A stretch of DNA of 64,000 nucleotides, from positions 9,434 to 73,433 of the forward strand of contig JBIKUX010000014.1 of assembly GCA_044347345.1 (NCBI GenBank), read 5' to 3'. The notes under the pieces are model-generated. The model saw nothing but the letters and a program-made list of their open reading frames with translations. It did not search any database and was not told where the DNA came from. The position numbers were made by a program, and so were the translations under genes. Source of the stretch: Bdellovibrionota bacterium (GTDB lineage Bacteria > Bdellovibrionota_C > UBA2361 > JBIKUX01). Below, one piece after another: positions 50,640-62,789 of this stretch (the stretch's first letter is position 1; every line of letters starts with the position of its first letter).

Positions 50640-51158
50640 TTATGGGTGAGCTAATCTACTTAAAGTATCGACGTATTCGTTCCACCTCCAGCCATTATGA
50701 GCCTTAATCCATTGTAACCTAACTTTTGGACGCTTAAGTGCTTCTGAATAAAGAAGCTGAACAAGTTCTAAATTAGCAATCGGGCCACCACTTCGTCGCC
50801 ATCCTTTTGCTGCCCATCCCTTTGCCCACTGATTAATAGTTTGAACACATAAATTACTATCTGAGTATATATTAATCTCTGCATCGCCTCCTAACGACTG
50901 ATACGCATTAATTAATGCAGTTAACTCCATCCGATTATTAGTAGTATCTGAAGAACCACCATGACCTCTAGTAATGATTCTATTACTTTCAACATGGACA
51001 TAGCCCCAACCTCCAGGCCCTGGGTTAGGAGATGCGCCACCATCGGTAAACACACCCGTGATTGGCCCATCTGTGTACCGATCTAAAACCCTTTGTAGTT
51101 TAATATCTGAATCAGGTGAAAGTGACGAAGATGTAATGTAATTCATGGCTGATTTCAT
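50640..51158 (-). CDS. rnhA: Ribonuclease HI
   Basis: FTDGGASPNPGPGGWG, TTNNRMEL, SDS, WIKAH, NEYVD. Confidence 0.93.
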   Translation of the reverse strand: MKSAMNYITSSSLSPDSDIKLQRVLDRYTDGPITGVFTDGGASPNPGPGGWGYVHVESNRIITRGHGGSSDTTNNRMELTALINAYQSLGGDAEINIYSDSNLCVQTINQWAKGWAAKGWRRSGGPIANLELVQLLYSEALKRPKVRLQWIKAHNGWRWNEYVDTLSRLAHP

Positions 51159-51254
51159 TCACCAGTATACTATCTAAAGTTGAATGTTTTAAAATGCGGA
51201 ATAAAAAGTAGTGAATGCTTATAAGCTATTTAAGCTTAAAAATATAATTTTAAT

Positions 51255-52007
51255 ATGCCAACTATAATCTTAAGCCTTATTCTTCTTACGATTGGTTGTA
51301 TTTTAAGCATAACGCTCATCTATTTGTTCTGGCATGCTTTAATGCTCACCTTATCACCAAATCGTAAAAATACCGAACTTGATATAAAAGTATTACCCTC
51401 TCTTATTTTTCAGAAAATACTCCGTTGGAGGCGATATCGGAAACTTAATCGCGCAAAAGAAGCCCTAGTAAATAATAGATCAAAAACTACTTTGACCGAA
51501 CTGGCTCAGTGCTTTATCTTCTTTCCATGTAGTCAAGGTGATCTTGATGAGTGGACTGAACACAACTACGAAGTAATAAGAAGCTTTTTACAAGTTGTTG
51601 ACCAATTCGGGATTCCAATCACTAATCTTACTAACCTCGATGGACTTTTTGAACGACGTATAAATTTAGTGAAGATTCGTGTGGACAATCTCCGTAAACT
51701 TCAACGCATTAGAGCTAAGCAAAAAGTATCAGATCAAAAATCCAAATATTCAGCTCAAAAGCATGCAACCAATGAAGTAAACCCCTCGCCAAGGGACGCA
51801 TGTTACAAAAAAACAGCTTACAATAAAAATACTGATTGGGCTCATCAAGAGATGTTGAATATGCTCGCTGAAACAAACCAAGAATTAACTCTAAATATGC
51901 GAGAAATTCGCGCGACACTAAACGAAATAATATCAATGATACTCCAAGGGACTCATGGAGGTTCTTCTAATGAAGAAAAAAAATATAATGATACAATCAT
52001 TCATTAG
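51255..52007 (+). CDS. Hypothetical membrane-anchored coiled-coil protein
   Basis: 250-aa ORF with an N-terminal TM helix; ends 3 nt before the next gene. Confidence 0.65.
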   Translation: MPTIILSLILLTIGCILSITLIYLFWHALMLTLSPNRKNTELDIKVLPSLIFQKILRWRRYRKLNRAKEALVNNRSKTTLTELAQCFIFFPCSQGDLDEWTEHNYEVIRSFLQVVDQFGIPITNLTNLDGLFERRINLVKIRVDNLRKLQRIRAKQKVSDQKSKYSAQKHATNEVNPSPRDACYKKTAYNKNTDWAHQEMLNMLAETNQELTLNMREIRATLNEIISMILQGTHGGSSNEEKKYNDTIIH

Positions 52008-52010
52008 TGA

Positions 52011-52781
52011 ATGAATTTATCAATTAGAAGAATCTCCTTAAAACTCGGAGAGCTCTTAATTATAGCTAAACCTTCAAATAGACATTCCGTTCCAAGTACG
52101 TCTAAAAACAGTGATCTTCCATCCATTGCAGAGGAACTCCTAGAAAATTATCCAGAACTTAATGGTATTAGTGATAAGTCAGATGAAGCTGGGCTAGTAA
52201 ATCGTCTTGATTTTGAAACAAGCGGTATTCTTCTTGCTGCCACAACTCCTACCTTATGGAAACTATTACGACAAAAATACTCAGAACACCAAATTCGAAA
52301 AACATATCTCTTACTTGTAACTGGTTCTCTAACAGAATTAAAAAACGTTTCAGGTCTTTTATACGGAAGATATAATAGAAGTAAAAAAGTATCAGTAATA
52401 CTTAGCTCAAAAGGATCGCAGATTATAAAAAAAAGAAGCCAATTCTGCGAGGGAGTTTATCAACCCCTAGCAGTTAGCCTTGATGGTTTATTTTCATTTA
52501 TATCTGTTTCTACTTTTACTGGTGCCCGCCACCAAGTACGTGCATTTGCTCAAGCCATAGGTCATCCTTTACTAGGAGATACTATATACGGTGGTAAATC
52601 TTATAATTTTTATGATGAAATTTATCCAACTCCTAGTTTTTTCCTCCATTCTTATCAAATATTCTTACCTTCCAGTCTGGATAGTCTTAAAATAGAGATA
52701 CCATTACCGAATAAATTTCAAAAAATTGTACATCACTATTTTGCGAGTTCAATCAGTTCACAGTACTGTAGAGAGATATAA
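52011..52781 (+). CDS. RluA-family RNA pseudouridine synthase
   Basis: AKPS, VNRLDFETSG (catalytic Asp), KTYL, TGARHQVR, GHPLLGD..YG, LHS. Confidence 0.88.
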   Translation: MNLSIRRISLKLGELLIIAKPSNRHSVPSTSKNSDLPSIAEELLENYPELNGISDKSDEAGLVNRLDFETSGILLAATTPTLWKLLRQKYSEHQIRKTYLLLVTGSLTELKNVSGLLYGRYNRSKKVSVILSSKGSQIIKKRSQFCEGVYQPLAVSLDGLFSFISVSTFTGARHQVRAFAQAIGHPLLGDTIYGGKSYNFYDEIYPTPSFFLHSYQIFLPSSLDSLKIEIPLPNKFQKIVHHYFASSISSQYCREI

Positions 52782-52814
52782 ACGATTAATAAATGCATAA
52801 GGAGCTATTTTTAG

Positions 52815-53759
52815 ATGCACTCAAAAATTCTTATACTTGGCTCCGGACCAGCCGGACTTACAGCGGCAATATATGCGTCTCGAGCTAATTTACAACCGAT
52901 ACTTGTCCATGGTCCTACACCTTACGGACAACTATCTCTTACAACAGACGTAGAAAATTTTCCTGGATTCCCTGAAGGAATAATGGGGCCAGAGTTGATG
53001 GAACTTATGGCTAAACAAGCCAGTCGTTTTGGCACTCAAATTATCCAAGATACAATTACAACAGTTGAACTTAATAAGCATCCTTTCACACTTCAAGGTA
53101 ATAAAACAACATATCATACTGATGCGCTAATTATAGCTACAGGAGCATCACCTAGAACATTAAACATCCCAGGCGAAACTGAACTTTGGGGATACGGAGT
53201 GTCTACTTGCGCTACCTGCGATGGGGCATTTTTTCGCGATAAGATTATTACTGTTGTAGGTGGCGGAGATTCAGCATGCGAAGAGGCACTATTTCTCACC
53301 CGATTTGGCAGTAAAGTAATACTAATCCATCGTAGAGATTCACTTAGAGCTTCTAAAATTATGCAGGAACGTGTTCTTAATCATTCCAAGATAGAAATGA
53401 AGTGGAATACATTGGTAACAAAAGTAAACGGATCTAAAACAGAAGGAGTAACAGGTCTAGAATTAGTAGATACCAATACAAGAGAAGTATCTAGTATTAA
53501 ATGTGATGCTCTTTTTGTTGCAATAGGACATATCCCTTCATCTAGTCTTTTTGTAGATAAACTTGATACAGATCACAATGGGTACTTAGTGCCTAGGCGT
53601 GATATTGGCGAAAATGTCACTACTAAAACCAATATAAAAGGAGTATTTGTTTGCGGAGATGTTCAAGACCATGTTTTTCGCCAAGCAATTACGGCCGCCG
53701 GCTCAGGTTGTATGGCTGCAATCGAAGCTGAAAGATATTTGGAGAGCTTAGGTCATTAA
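52815..53759 (+). CDS. trxB: Thioredoxin-disulfide reductase
   Basis: GSGPAGLTAA, CATCDG, GGGDSACEEA, HRRD, RQAITAAGSG. Confidence 0.97.
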   Translation: MHSKILILGSGPAGLTAAIYASRANLQPILVHGPTPYGQLSLTTDVENFPGFPEGIMGPELMELMAKQASRFGTQIIQDTITTVELNKHPFTLQGNKTTYHTDALIIATGASPRTLNIPGETELWGYGVSTCATCDGAFFRDKIITVVGGGDSACEEALFLTRFGSKVILIHRRDSLRASKIMQERVLNHSKIEMKWNTLVTKVNGSKTEGVTGLELVDTNTREVSSIKCDALFVAIGHIPSSSLFVDKLDTDHNGYLVPRRDIGENVTTKTNIKGVFVCGDVQDHVFRQAITAAGSGCMAAIEAERYLESLGH

Positions 53760-53762
53760 AAG

Positions 53763-53833
53763 GTAAAGAAAGAGACAGTGAAGCAAAATGAAGCGAAAAA
53801 ATTCTGCCTAGTGCTCACTGCCTCTTACTTTAC
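53763..53833. terminator. Imperfect 19-bp inverted repeat between convergent trxB and atpE
   Basis: GTAAAGAAAGAGACAGTGA (53763-53781) versus TCACTGCCTCTTACTTTAC (53815-53833); 2 mismatches and a 33-nt loop. Confidence 0.4.
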
Positions 53834-53875
53834 TGCCTTTTTCTTCACTGCATGCAAAAGTTATCTTATTCTAAA

Positions 53876-54181
53876 TTAGAATTTTCCGAGCAATCGAAAA
53901 GCAATAACAAAAGCAAAAATCACTAGTGATTCAATTAAGGCCAAACCCAAAATTAAAGGAACAAATAAACTCCCAGATGCTCCAGGATTTCTACCAATTG
54001 CATCTAAGGCAGCACTTACAGCTTTACCTTGCGAATAAGTTCCAGCAGCAGCAGCAAGACCAAGAACTACTGCTGCTGCAATAGCTATCAAACCAGCAGA
54101 GCTAGACACATCTGCAGATTGAGCTAAAGCTACTGAAGGAGTAGCAAGAATAACAGCAGCCAAAGTAATAAATCGATTCAT
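53876..54181 (-). CDS. atpE: ATP synthase F0 subunit c with N-terminal leader-like extension
   Basis: GLAAAAGTYSQG, IGRNPGA, LALIES. ATG 54181 preferred over TTG 54202. Confidence 0.95.
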   Translation of the reverse strand: MNRFITLAAVILATPSVALAQSADVSSSAGLIAIAAAVVLGLAAAAGTYSQGKAVSAALDAIGRNPGASGSLFVPLILGLALIESLVIFAFVIAFRLLGKF

Positions 54182-54316
54182 AGCACATTCCATCTTCAAC
54201 AATATATTTTACATTATTTTGCAGTTTCAGCCACTTTAATGTTTCTAAAAGAAACGAGCTGACCACTATCAAAAAAACTAATTATCATTACTCCTTAGTA
54301 GAAGGAGCAACTACCT

Positions 54317-55045
54317 CTAACCATGTTCCTCTTCGTGAGTATCACTATGTTGAGTAGCGAGCTGCACATACACCATAGAGAGCGTTGTAAACACAAAAGC
54401 TTGAATTAACGCCACAAAGGTGCCCAGAATATACGCAGGAATCGCAGCAAAACCAAGTAGCTCAGTAAATACTCCAAGAACTAAATGGTCGGCTGTAATA
54501 TTCCAGTACAGGCGTAGATTGAGAGTCAGAACTCGTAACACCGTACTGAGAAGCTCTAGAAAAAATATCGGTACAGCTAAAAAAACAATACGAATTCCAC
54601 ACGAAAAGTGTTTACAATATCCAAAAAATCCGTTTTCCCGGAGTCCATGAAAATTAAAATAAACAAAGCTTGCTAAAGCAAATCCTAGTGTTATTCCAAT
54701 TGAACCAGTAGTCACTGGCATTCCAGGAATCAGACCGATAATATTACCACATAGCAAAAACAAAAAAAGCGTTGCCATAAAGGGGAAATACCTTCTATTT
54801 TCCCTTCCCATGACAGAATCTTGAAATGATAAAAATGTTTCAGTAAACAGATCTACTAAACCAAACAGAGATATACCGGCGGAAGGAATTATTCCTTCAT
54901 CGCTTTGACTTCTCTGCCGAGCAATCTTTGCAAATTTAACTCCTAACCCAACAAGACCGGTTCCTATCAACATGGCTACTAAAACAGCCTGCATGTTTGT
55001 TTCGGGAATTAATGGGGTTAAATAAGTTGGATGGTCTGACGCCAT
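54317..55045 (-). CDS. atpB: ATP synthase F0 subunit a
   Basis: NIIGLIPG, LNLRLYWNITADH (essential Arg), IQAFVFTTLSMVY. Confidence 0.95.
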   Translation of the reverse strand: MASDHPTYLTPLIPETNMQAVLVAMLIGTGLVGLGVKFAKIARQRSQSDEGIIPSAGISLFGLVDLFTETFLSFQDSVMGRENRRYFPFMATLFLFLLCGNIIGLIPGMPVTTGSIGITLGFALASFVYFNFHGLRENGFFGYCKHFSCGIRIVFLAVPIFFLELLSTVLRVLTLNLRLYWNITADHLVLGVFTELLGFAAIPAYILGTFVALIQAFVFTTLSMVYVQLATQHSDTHEEEHG

Positions 55046-55417
55046 ACTGTAGTCAAAATATAAATTTTAGGTGTAAATGCTTAGTTAGCATTTCAATGTA
55101 TATTAAATGATTTGATTAATGTTTATATAACATCTCTAATTAGATGTTATGGCGAGTTAGGTTAATGTATACAGCTTGCAAAAGCAACAGAACTTAATTT
55201 GCTAGTTAGAGAGCCTCACTTGTAATAACGAGTAATATTCCTATAAGGTCTCAGGGTCGATAAACACTAAGATGTTTTAACTAAGATGTACTTATTAAAA
55301 TAGTAGTATTCTGATTTGGACTTTTTTATTATCTGAAGTTTTTGTAATCGAAGTGCCTACACTTTATTAGTTTTCAGTTTATTAGTTTTAAGTTTAATTT
55401 TCTTCTTTAAATTTTAT

Positions 55418-56968
55418 ATGGAGAATTCAAAACCCAAAATTCCTGATGATGTTACAATTTATGCTAATACTGCCCTAGCAACAGATAACGAATTACCCTC
55501 TAACCAACCAGACTCTTTCAGCAAAAATATACTTCAAGCGTGGGAGAAAACTAAAGACCAGTTAAGACAAGAGCTAGATGAACAAATATTTCATGGCTAC
55601 ATAAGCCCTATTCATTTCGGCTTTGTCGATGTCGAGTCTGGCATTCTAACTCTTAGAGGTCCAAGCAGATTTATAATTGGGCAAGTTGAAAAAAATTTTT
55701 CAACAAAGATTAGTAATATTCTCAGTTCGATTCTGAAAGCAGAATTTTTAATAAATTTTGTTATTGCTGAAGAAGCACCCCAAGAGCGTAATCAACGCTA
55801 TATGGTCGTAAAAAAATTCCCTGTTTCAAGTAATTCAGAACAAAATCTATCAAATCAACCTAATATTTCACCTGCTAAAAACTCCACATCTGTAGAACTG
55901 CCTAATGGTGTATCAGAGGTATCATCTGCTTCCATAGCTGACTCTCAACTTAACAATCGTTATCATTTTGAAAATTTTGTCGTTGGAAATAGCAATCAAT
56001 TTTGCCATGCCGCCTCTCTACGTGTCGCTGAGCGACCCGGACAAAGTTACAATCCGTTATTCATCTATGGTGGTGTCGGATTAGGTAAAACTCATCTTCT
56101 TCATGCTATTGGCAATGAAGTTCTTCGTCGCGACCCAAAAAAGAAAGTTTTATATCTATCAGCTGAAGCTTTTACAAACGAGCTAATTTTAGCTTTACGA
56201 CACGCTAAAATGGATGAATTTAAAAAAAAATTAAGAACAATAGAAGTTCTTTTAATTGATGATATTCAATTCATTAGTGGCAAGGAACGCACTCAAGAGG
56301 AATTTTTTCATACTTTCAATACTCTTTACGGAGCTAAACATCAGATAGTTTTAACATCTGACAAAATGCCCTCAGAAATTCATGGAATAGAAGAGAGACT
56401 TCAAACTAGATTTTCATGGGGACTAACTGCTGACATTCAAGCGCCAGATTTTGAGACCAGAGTAGCCATTTTAAAACGCAAAGCTGAATCTGAATCTTTT
56501 ATAATACCAGAGGAAGTAGCACATTTTATCGCTGATCAGATATCATCTAACGTTAGAGAGCTAGAGGGTGCTCTTACTCGTCTACATGCGGTATGTAGCC
56601 TTCGTAATGTAAAAATATCCTTGGATGTAGCTAAAAATGCTCTTTCACCAATTCTTGTTGGAAAGCCTATTCAGCTTACTGTAGAGGATATAAAAGTCCA
56701 GGTGGCAGAGCAGTTTAGACTAAAGGTTTCAGACATTGTTTCCAAACGTCGTACAAGAAATTTATCTTTTCCACGACATATAGCAATGTACTTGTGTAGA
56801 AAACACACTACGGCTTCTTATCCAGAAATTGGTGAGCAATTTGGAGGAAGGGATCACTCTAGTGTTATACATGCGGCGCATGTAGTAGCTACAAAGCTAC
56901 CAAACGATCCTCAATTAAAAGAAGTAATCGAAATTATAGAGCGTCGCCTTTTTTCAAGAGATAGTTAG
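55418..56968 (+). CDS. dnaA: Chromosomal replication initiator DnaA
   Basis: FENFVVGNSN, YNPLFIYGGVGLGKTHL, IDDIQF, NVRELEGAL, FGGRDHSSVIHA. Confidence 0.98.
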   Translation: MENSKPKIPDDVTIYANTALATDNELPSNQPDSFSKNILQAWEKTKDQLRQELDEQIFHGYISPIHFGFVDVESGILTLRGPSRFIIGQVEKNFSTKISNILSSILKAEFLINFVIAEEAPQERNQRYMVVKKFPVSSNSEQNLSNQPNISPAKNSTSVELPNGVSEVSSASIADSQLNNRYHFENFVVGNSNQFCHAASLRVAERPGQSYNPLFIYGGVGLGKTHLLHAIGNEVLRRDPKKKVLYLSAEAFTNELILALRHAKMDEFKKKLRTIEVLLIDDIQFISGKERTQEEFFHTFNTLYGAKHQIVLTSDKMPSEIHGIEERLQTRFSWGLTADIQAPDFETRVAILKRKAESESFIIPEEVAHFIADQISSNVRELEGALTRLHAVCSLRNVKISLDVAKNALSPILVGKPIQLTVEDIKVQVAEQFRLKVSDIVSKRRTRNLSFPRHIAMYLCRKHTTASYPEIGEQFGGRDHSSVIHAAHVVATKLPNDPQLKEVIEIIERRLFSRDS

Positions 56969-56987
56969 TTTTTCAAGAGATAGTTAG
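56950..56987. repeat. Perfect 19-bp tandem duplication TTTTTCAAGAGATAGTTAG including the dnaA stop codon
   Basis: Copies at 56950-56968 and 56969-56987. Confidence 0.95.
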
Positions 56988-57578
56988 TATAAATAAACCA
57001 TTGTTCGTTATTGAAAATAAATTAACACATAAGGTTATTCTTTTTTATTTTAAATTTTTGTAAAAAGTTTTTACTGACCTTGAAGTACCTTGATGTAAAA
57101 GAGTACAGTCTCCAGAGTTAGGATAACAGAAACATCTATTGTTAAAATTTAATTGGAAAGAAAATAAATCTGATAAAAAACTTTAAAGAAACTTAAACAT
57201 AAGTTTAACATCATAGGATGCTCAAAATAAATTAATTACCTGATTAATAAAAATTATTAATCACAGGTGTTATTATCTGTGGAAATCTTCCGTAAGTAGT
57301 TTTTATTACACTTTAATTTCCGGTAAATCTTGTGGATAATTAGGAATAAACTGTAATTTCTACTCTAAGTTATTCACAATAGATTTAAAGTTTTAGAAGG
57401 AAGTTCGAATTACCTTTTTAAAATGGTAAAAGTAAGTTAGATTTAAACACGTTTTCCACAATAAAATAAAAAACATTTGTATTAAATTCAAATAATTAAG
57501 TGACTTTTACCTGAGTTCTTTTCTCTCTACTACAACAACTATTTATAAATATTAATATTATTAATTAGGAATAGGGTA
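56969..57578. other. oriC: Chromosomal replication origin (oriC)
   Basis: Very AT-rich dnaA-dnaN spacer. DnaA boxes TGTGGATAA 57331-57339, TTATTCACA 57370-57378, TTTTCCACA 57452-57460; near-matches at 57257 and 57278. Trio-like CTACTACAACAACTA 57527-57541 followed by a pure A/T run. Strand skew changes here. Confidence 0.88.
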
Positions 57579-58694
57579 ATGAAATTTTTAATTCCACAAG
57601 TTAGTTTATCTAAAATTGTAAATCTTGGACAAAGTGTGGCAGATAAAAGAAATACAATGCCAATTTTGTATAATTTTAAATTGGAAGTTTTTGACGGATT
57701 ATTAAAAATTATAGCTTCCGATCTTGAAGTAACGTTAGTTCAACAAATTAATGTCTCTGAAGCACAAAATGGTGCTATAGCAGTTAACGCAAAAACATTT
57801 ACTGAAGGAATTAACGAACTTCCTGAAGGGCTTGTTTCAATACAGGTAATTGATAGAAATAGATTACTTGTAGAATGTGAATCTACTTCTCTTAAGTTTG
57901 TTGGATATTCTGCAAATGAATATCCAACTCCGCCAGGTATTGATCTTTTTACTTCATCATTAATTGATGGAAAACGATTTGAACAAATGTTGCGAAAAAC
58001 TATTTTCGCTGCATCCGTTGATGAAACTAGATTTAATTTAAATGCTGTTTGTATGGTATCTTTAAAAGATGAAAATTCTTTAAAGATGGTTGCAACTGAT
58101 GGATATAGACTTGCGGTTGCTATTCAAAATATTGAAGATCTACAGATCTTAGAACAAATTCTTGTCCCTAGAAAAGGAATAATCGAATTAAGGAAATTAC
58201 TAGGAGATGAAATAAATAAAAAAGATATAAAAATAGGAGTAACTAAGGAATTTTTGATTCTTGAAACACCAGATGCAAAACTTGCTATAAGATTAATTGA
58301 TAGTGAGTTTCCTGAATATCAGCAAGCTATACCTCAAGGTCAATGTGAATTAGTAGTAGTAGATGCTACTTTATTTAGTAATGCTCTAAGAAGAGTTTCT
58401 TTAGTAATTACCGATAAAGGTAAAGGAGCTAAGTTTCATTTTGAAGGTAACACTCTTTTGTTATCGGCTTCATCAGCTGAATTGGGAGACGCTGAAGATG
58501 AAGTACCTATAAATTATAGTGGTGCTCCCTTAACTATCGGATTTAATGCACGTTATTTATCTGATCTTGTTCAAGCTTATGGTGAGACCGGACCTCTTCA
58601 TATAGAACTTAGAGGCCCGTTTGCAGCAACCAAGTTTTTTTCTCCAGATGATCAAAATGCTTTTGGAATTGTCATGCCTATGCGTATTGATTAA
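57579..58694 (+). CDS. dnaN: DNA polymerase III beta clamp
   Basis: TMPIL, ASDLEV, VATDGYRLA, VPRKG, RLIDSEFPEY, IGFNARYL, VMPMRI. Confidence 0.97.
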   Translation: MKFLIPQVSLSKIVNLGQSVADKRNTMPILYNFKLEVFDGLLKIIASDLEVTLVQQINVSEAQNGAIAVNAKTFTEGINELPEGLVSIQVIDRNRLLVECESTSLKFVGYSANEYPTPPGIDLFTSSLIDGKRFEQMLRKTIFAASVDETRFNLNAVCMVSLKDENSLKMVATDGYRLAVAIQNIEDLQILEQILVPRKGIIELRKLLGDEINKKDIKIGVTKEFLILETPDAKLAIRLIDSEFPEYQQAIPQGQCELVVVDATLFSNALRRVSLVITDKGKGAKFHFEGNTLLLSASSAELGDAEDEVPINYSGAPLTIGFNARYLSDLVQAYGETGPLHIELRGPFAATKFFSPDDQNAFGIVMPMRID

Positions 58695-58699
58695 GTCGT

Positions 58700-59815
58700 G
58701 TGCAAATAAAAAGTCTATCAGTTTGTAATTTTCGTAATTTAAGATCTGGTAATTATTGTTTTGGTCCCGGTGTAAATGTATTTATAGGGGCTAATGGGCA
58801 AGGAAAAACCAGCCTAATTGAAGCTTGTATTATTGCGGCTGCTGGTCGATCTTTTCGCACATCTCGTCTAAGTGAAGCGATTACATTTGGTAGTAAGTTA
58901 GCAACGGTTCGGGTAAGCTTTAACGATGCTATAGGTCTTAGGTGTGTTGGGACAACTTGGGGGCATCGAAGTTCAAGATTAGTGGAAGTAGATGGTAAGG
59001 AAGAAGTTAAGGCTTCCTCTGTCGTTGGATTGTTACCATTTGTGCTTTTTACTCCATCAGATTCTGATTTGGTTAAAGGGTCTTCTTTGGCTAGGCGTAA
59101 TCTACTTGATAAGCATATAGTAGATGTAGAGCCACGAATTATTGATTCTGTGGTTAGATATCGGAGAGCTGTTCGTCAAAAATTATCATTATTGAAAAGT
59201 GGAAATGCTAATTCAATAAATATTTTGCCATGGAATTTAGTTCTTGCTAGAGAGGGAGCAATTATTTGGCGGGTAAAGCGAAAAATACTGAGGGGGATTT
59301 GTGAAAGAACTTCATTAATGTACAAAATTTTAGCTCCATCAGAAGAGAATCTAGAAGTAAAAATTGTATCTCAGCTTGCATCTGATATTTTAGATTCTGA
59401 GATTGAGGCTTTTTTTCAAAATAAATTACAAGAAGGAGTTTTAAAGGAAATTTCGACTGGTAGAGTCCTAATAGGACCTCATCGAGATGATTTAAATTTT
59501 CTTCTTGATTCACATGATATGCGTGTTTTTGCCTCTCAAGGTCAACTTAGGACGGCTGCTCTTGCATTAAAACTAGCTTCAGTTGGTCAGATTGAGCAAG
59601 CTAGAGGTGAGCCTCCATTAGTTTTTCTCGATGACGTACTTTCGGAACTTGATTTATTTCGTGTTAGGGCTCTTGGAGCGCAACTTATCGCTAGTTCTTG
59701 TCAAGTATTTGTAACTACTACTGATTTATCTTACTCTAGTTTTGATGTACCAACAAAAGGCAATGTTTTTTATGAGATAATTAGTGGTACTATTAACCCA
59801 AGTTCGATAAATTGA
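58700..59815 (+). CDS. recF: DNA replication/repair protein RecF
   Basis: NFRN, GANGQGKT, SFRT, GPHRDD, ASQGQ, LDDVLSELD. Confidence 0.95.
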   Translation: MQIKSLSVCNFRNLRSGNYCFGPGVNVFIGANGQGKTSLIEACIIAAAGRSFRTSRLSEAITFGSKLATVRVSFNDAIGLRCVGTTWGHRSSRLVEVDGKEEVKASSVVGLLPFVLFTPSDSDLVKGSSLARRNLLDKHIVDVEPRIIDSVVRYRRAVRQKLSLLKSGNANSINILPWNLVLAREGAIIWRVKRKILRGICERTSLMYKILAPSEENLEVKIVSQLASDILDSEIEAFFQNKLQEGVLKEISTGRVLIGPHRDDLNFLLDSHDMRVFASQGQLRTAALALKLASVGQIEQARGEPPLVFLDDVLSELDLFRVRALGAQLIASSCQVFVTTTDLSYSSFDVPTKGNVFYEIISGTINPSSIN

Positions 59816-59908
59816 AGTATTTATTAACGTTAAATATACTTTAGTAATCGATTTTATGAGCTTAGGTAGGTTACTTTAGGGTGTATTAAATACGATACGA
59901 GATAATAA

Positions 59909-62476
<2,568 letters not shown>

Positions 62477-62523
62477 TACATTTTATGTGTCTCCTGTTGT
62501 AAGTGCTGTGTTCTGAAGTGTGC

Positions 62524-62552
62524 TTGACTACTAATAAATCATTAGGCACGCT
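62524..62552 (+). promoter_or_regulatory. Putative sigma70-type promoter (TTGACT-N17-CACGCT)
   Basis: Near-consensus -35 box, 17-bp spacer and weak -10 box, upstream of the small basic ORF. Confidence 0.35.
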
Positions 62553-62609
62553 GGAGTCTTAGTTTTTTGATGTTTTTTACTGTTATTTTTAGCATCGAGG
62601 GTGTGTGTC

Positions 62610-62789
62610 ATGGCGTCGTTAAAGAAGATTAATAAAACAAAACGTGGGAACCGTGACAATAAAATTCTTGCCAGACGTCATAAGAAGGCGAAGCAGTATT
62701 CAGCTATTCAGGATGCTCAAGTTAAGTTACTGGACTCTCTTGCTGAACAATTGCGGTCAGTTACAGTCACAACCGCAAAATCAGCGTAA
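62610..62789 (+). CDS. Small basic hypothetical protein (59 aa)
   Basis: GAGGG 8 nt before ATG 62610; MASLKKINKTKRGNRDNKILARRHKKAK... Confidence 0.55.
   Translation: MASLKKINKTKRGNRDNKILARRHKKAKQYSAIQDAQVKLLDSLAEQLRSVTVTTAKSA

Noticed and set aside
55046-55417. rpmH (L34) expected upstream of dnaA
   Set aside because: No MKRT-like basic ORF found on either strand.
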